The position numbers were made by a program, and so were the translations under genes. Below, piece after piece: positions 62,601 through 64,000 of a stretch of 64,000 nt of DNA (position 1 is the first letter of the stretch; each line of letters starts with the position of its first letter). The notes under the pieces are model-generated. The model was given only the letters and a program-made list of their open reading frames with translations. It was not told where the DNA came from and searched no databases. The DNA comes from Minisyncoccota bacterium (GTDB taxonomy: Bacteria > Patescibacteriota > Minisyncoccia > Phycocordibacterales > JAQTLZ01): NCBI GenBank assembly GCA_028714635.1, contig JAQTLZ010000002.1, positions 121,841-185,840 of the forward strand, written 5' to 3'.

Positions 62601-62924
62601 GATCTCGATGGGAATGGTGCAGTGGATTTCAATCTAGCTCCGACGCAAGAGCTTGATTCAATCGCGTATTTCAAAGTAATGAAGAATATCATTGCTTCTC
62701 TCAACTTATCTCCTGGCGTTACCAAGCCTCTTCTTGCTAAAATTGATAATGCGATAAAGATGCTTCAGAAAAGCAAGGTGTCAAATGTCCAGAAAAGAAT
62801 TTCTAGTATGTTGCATCAGATAGAAATAAAAAATAAAAAGAAAGTGAATAAAAAAATTGATTCTATCGACGCACAATTCTTGGTTACTATGCTTACTAAT
62901 TTATTAGATAATCTCCCAAAATAA
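59682..62924 (+). CDS. secreted beta-helix (PbH1-repeat) protein fused to an LCAT-like alpha/beta-hydrolase (phospholipase/acyltransferase) domain
   Basis: 1080 aa. Signal peptide. Repetitive Ser/Asp/Gly-rich beta-helix-type turns at residues about 30-400. PYDWR and IAHSMGG (GxSxG) motifs typical of the LCAT/PDAT lipase family. Confidence 0.7.
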   Translation: MRRRGLQIFLLIFSSLCIFNINSVKAETVITDSEISVDTTWTKVNSPYIISGDLIIDSGVTLTIEPGVIVKMENSALYVDGKIVAEGTENEKIYFTSFADDSLGGDTNGDGALTTPSEFDYDGIRLWGSDPGSHFSHAVFQYASIALDFDTTTATLDAVSIEHGNGGISAFNADISLKNSHLFDLSFDAVDGYGASKILVASSIIEDLQGSAFGMYNDSMLILKDSTIKNLQDGTGVILFDSFADIQDSTFENITRDAVGVYNSKLTFKDSSAKDNDWGSAIYAQGTSDVTISGSSFDGGFNSGVEFYGNSWSGQHSSFSVSNSTFQNYLYAGISAGDIVSGSIASSTIQKNFIGLDVWNIPLLISGSAIKENDLLGLWNESDEKVVDAKNNWWGDVGGPYEEVGNPLGFGNEVMGAVNYTPWLSEDPFLVIEPECCSSVAFLPGIEGSRLYKQGLIFEDQLWEPNYYSDVEALHLDANGKSKDPSVYTKDVIDSVNIAGTKIYRSFMDEMDGLKTAGTISDWEPLPYDWRLSADDTVANPVKLAGGGTYSMVAQIENLAANSKTGKVTLIAHSMGGIVSKALIKALEAKGEAGLIDKLILVASPQIGTPQTIGSLLHGYGEELFHGLLAGAATMRTFGENLSGAYQLLPSAEYFTKVSDPVVTFDPSIDTVSDFRQKYGESISTKAGLQNFLLGADGRAKPSAEDITLPNILNSTILTNVNTLHDNIDSYQIPSDIAVTQIAGWGLDTIKGIKYQTKDVTVCADKGACQTNKELDMRPIFTEDGDGTVVVPSAAKLNTSKYFFDFPLYNSQFNISLEHKNILESSVILDFLKNKIIEATSSADFITSTEPDPVDLGKQIRLSGHSPISLDLYDSDGHHTGLISIPNSDFNYAEEQIPNSYYFELGDGKYVGFPDDNSTNVKISGTGIGTFTLDIERVVGGQTTTTSSYADIPVFPTTQASLLVSATSTTLSLDLDGNGAVDFNLAPTQELDSIAYFKVMKNIIASLNLSPGVTKPLLAKIDNAIKMLQKSKVSNVQKRISSMLHQIEIKNKKKVNKKIDSIDAQFLVTMLTNLLDNLPK

Positions 62925-63337
62925 TGAGTCATCGAAAAATTCTAGGGACACTGGTAGTCATAATAACTTTATTGTTTGGCATCGGTTTGTCATTGATGTA
63001 TCCGAATAATATTGGATTGTGTTCTATTGGAGAAAGGTGTGTTTACGATTCAGTATTTTATCTCTGGAAACCTCTACTCTTCAGTCTAATACCTGTTCTT
63101 TTAGTATTGATCTTATTCCTATTTCTTTCAGATAAATTTTTCAATATTTGGTGGAAATTTGCCCTTGTTTATTTTATTCTCGCTTTTTTGTGGATTTCGA
63201 CAACACCCATAATGTGCCGCAGTCTTATCTGTTTTGACCGTGAATATGTGGCGATAGTTTCTGGAGTCGGATTTCTTATCGTTAGTTTCATTATAATCAT
63301 TACAAAAACTGTTCTTCTTCGCAGGAAAAAGATTTAA
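62924..63337 (+). CDS. polytopic small membrane protein, hypothetical
   Basis: 137 aa with four TM helices. TAATG overlap with the upstream gene. Confidence 0.6.
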   Translation: MSHRKILGTLVVIITLLFGIGLSLMYPNNIGLCSIGERCVYDSVFYLWKPLLFSLIPVLLVLILFLFLSDKFFNIWWKFALVYFILAFLWISTTPIMCRSLICFDREYVAIVSGVGFLIVSFIIIITKTVLLRRKKI

Positions 63338-63390
63338 AACTCGTACCAAACTTTTGCGCTCAAAGGTTCTTTGTTTGGGTGGGTGAGCGT

Positions 63391-63438
63391 AGTTAACATA
63401 TGTTAACTATTGCAATCTTAGTTAACATAGCATATAAT
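63391..63438 (+). promoter_or_regulatory. operator palindromes plus -10 box of the HTH-Doc operon
   Basis: 18-bp perfect palindrome AGTTAACATATGTTAACT (63391-63408). Half-site repeat AGTTAACATA (63420-63429). TATAAT (63433-63438) lies 6 nt before the ATG. Confidence 0.6.
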
Positions 63439-63444
63439 CGACCC

Positions 63445-63711
63445 ATGGAAAATAAAGGAACCAAGAAACTCTTATCGACCGCTGAAGTGGCTAAAATCCT
63501 TGGAATTAGTCGTGTTGCTGTATTTAAGAAGATTCAAAGTGGTGAAATAAAAGCCCAAAAAATCGGCCGAAATTATGTTATCGAAAGCACTGATTTGAGT
63601 GCAGCTCTCGGTGTTATTTTATCTCCTGAAAGGAAAAAAGAGATTGAGAAATCAGTTGACAAAACAGTGAAAGAATACGGTGAAGCTCTCAAGATGCTGG
63701 GTAAAGAATAA
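63445..63711 (+). CDS. excisionase-type HTH DNA-binding protein (putative antitoxin)
   Basis: LLSTAEVAKILGISRVAVFKKIQSGEIKAQKIGRNYVI is an HTH_17/MerR-like motif. Start taken at the ATG at 63445. Confidence 0.7.
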   Translation: MENKGTKKLLSTAEVAKILGISRVAVFKKIQSGEIKAQKIGRNYVIESTDLSAALGVILSPERKKEIEKSVDKTVKEYGEALKMLGKE

Positions 63712-63716
63712 TTGCC

Positions 63717-64000
63717 ATGAGAATACTTTCAGTCGCCGATGTTGAATATATTGGTTACGATCTGGCAAAGAAGCTTATGGCGTTTGATGAGCCCATTCCC
63801 GATTTTGTCACTCGTTATCCAGATGTTTTGGAACGATGTCTTATTGCCCCTTTCCAAACATATGATAATCGAGATTTGTATCCGACCCTCATAAAGAAAT
63901 CAGCCATTCTTTTTTATCTCATGATTAAAAATCATCCTTTTCAAAATGGGAATAAAAGAATTGCTGTAGCAACATCACTTTTCTTTTTAGCTGATAACGA
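63717..64000 (+). CDS. Fic/Doc family toxin (death-on-curing type), 3' end outside the window
   Basis: Hand translation gives MRILSVADVEYIGYDL...IKNHPFQNGNKRIAVA, which contains the Doc-type Fic motif HPFxxGNKR. The ORF runs off the window. Confidence 0.75.
   Translation, partial: MRILSVADVEYIGYDLAKKLMAFDEPIPDFVTRYPDVLERCLIAPFQTYDNRDLYPTLIKKSAILFYLMIKNHPFQNGNKRIAVATSLFFLADN

Noticed and set aside
1-64000. A window-wide check for rRNA genes, CRISPR arrays, transposases/IS elements, integrases, prophage structural genes, restriction-modification genes and alternative genetic code usage.
   Set aside because: None was found by eye. All conserved genes read through with the standard code and use TGA, TAA and TAG as stops. 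The only mobile-element-like signals are the RNA motif copies and the compositional cassettes reported above.

Overview
The window is a 64-kb chromosomal segment with a low-GC core. Spot counts of 60-nt lines give about 32-42% GC. It is tightly packed with housekeeping genes on both strands.

Housekeeping content:
- Translation and transcription: secE-nusG-rplK, rpsF-ssb-rpsR, efp, and the tRNA ligases ArgRS, IleRS, GlyRS and MetRS.
- Replication and repair: recA, recO, ftsK, a PIF1-type helicase and an SF2 helicase.
- Folate/thymidylate cycle cluster: folA, thyA, glyA, tmk, a dCMP deaminase and an HD nucleotidase, with folD nearby.
- Envelope and lipid handling: SPFH, DedA, PAP2, a CDP-alcohol phosphatidyltransferase and a desaturase.
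- Large secreted repeat proteins, and a partial HTH-Doc toxin-antitoxin pair at the 3' edge.

Only one RNA gene of a known class was found, tRNA-His. I saw no rRNA, CRISPR array, transposase, integrase or reverse transcriptase.

The gene content, the surface-protein repeat types and the absence of rplA after rplK suggest a reduced-genome Patescibacteria/CPR (Parcubacteria-like) organism. This is inference only.

Most notable observations:
1. A structured RNA motif that I do not recognise occurs three times (about 1376-1445, 18146-18214, 44978-45030). It has an invariant GUACWG/UGUAA core and compensatory stem changes. Two copies sit in a layout of gene 3' end, its reverse complement, the motif, then a repeat of the gene 3' end. 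One of these builds a tRNA-His-like pseudo-cloverleaf.
2. About eight high-GC gene cassettes (53-67% GC in spot counts) are scattered through the core. Each has a Shine-Dalgarno site, and the best-resolved ones also have their own TTGACA-type promoter, a 5' UTR hairpin and a terminator. The core genes lack Shine-Dalgarno sites and are frequently leaderless, with an extended -10 box 6-8 nt before the start codon.
3. IleRS carries an inserted histidine-phosphatase (PGAM-type) domain of about 200 aa with both catalytic His motifs. It also carries a separate 30-nt, 87% GC, palindromic in-frame micro-insertion.
4. A secreted 1080-aa protein fuses a beta-helix region to an LCAT-like lipase domain. 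It sits in a surface-protein locus downstream of a 780-bp ORF-free region.

All functional calls rest on motif recognition by eye. No database search was run.
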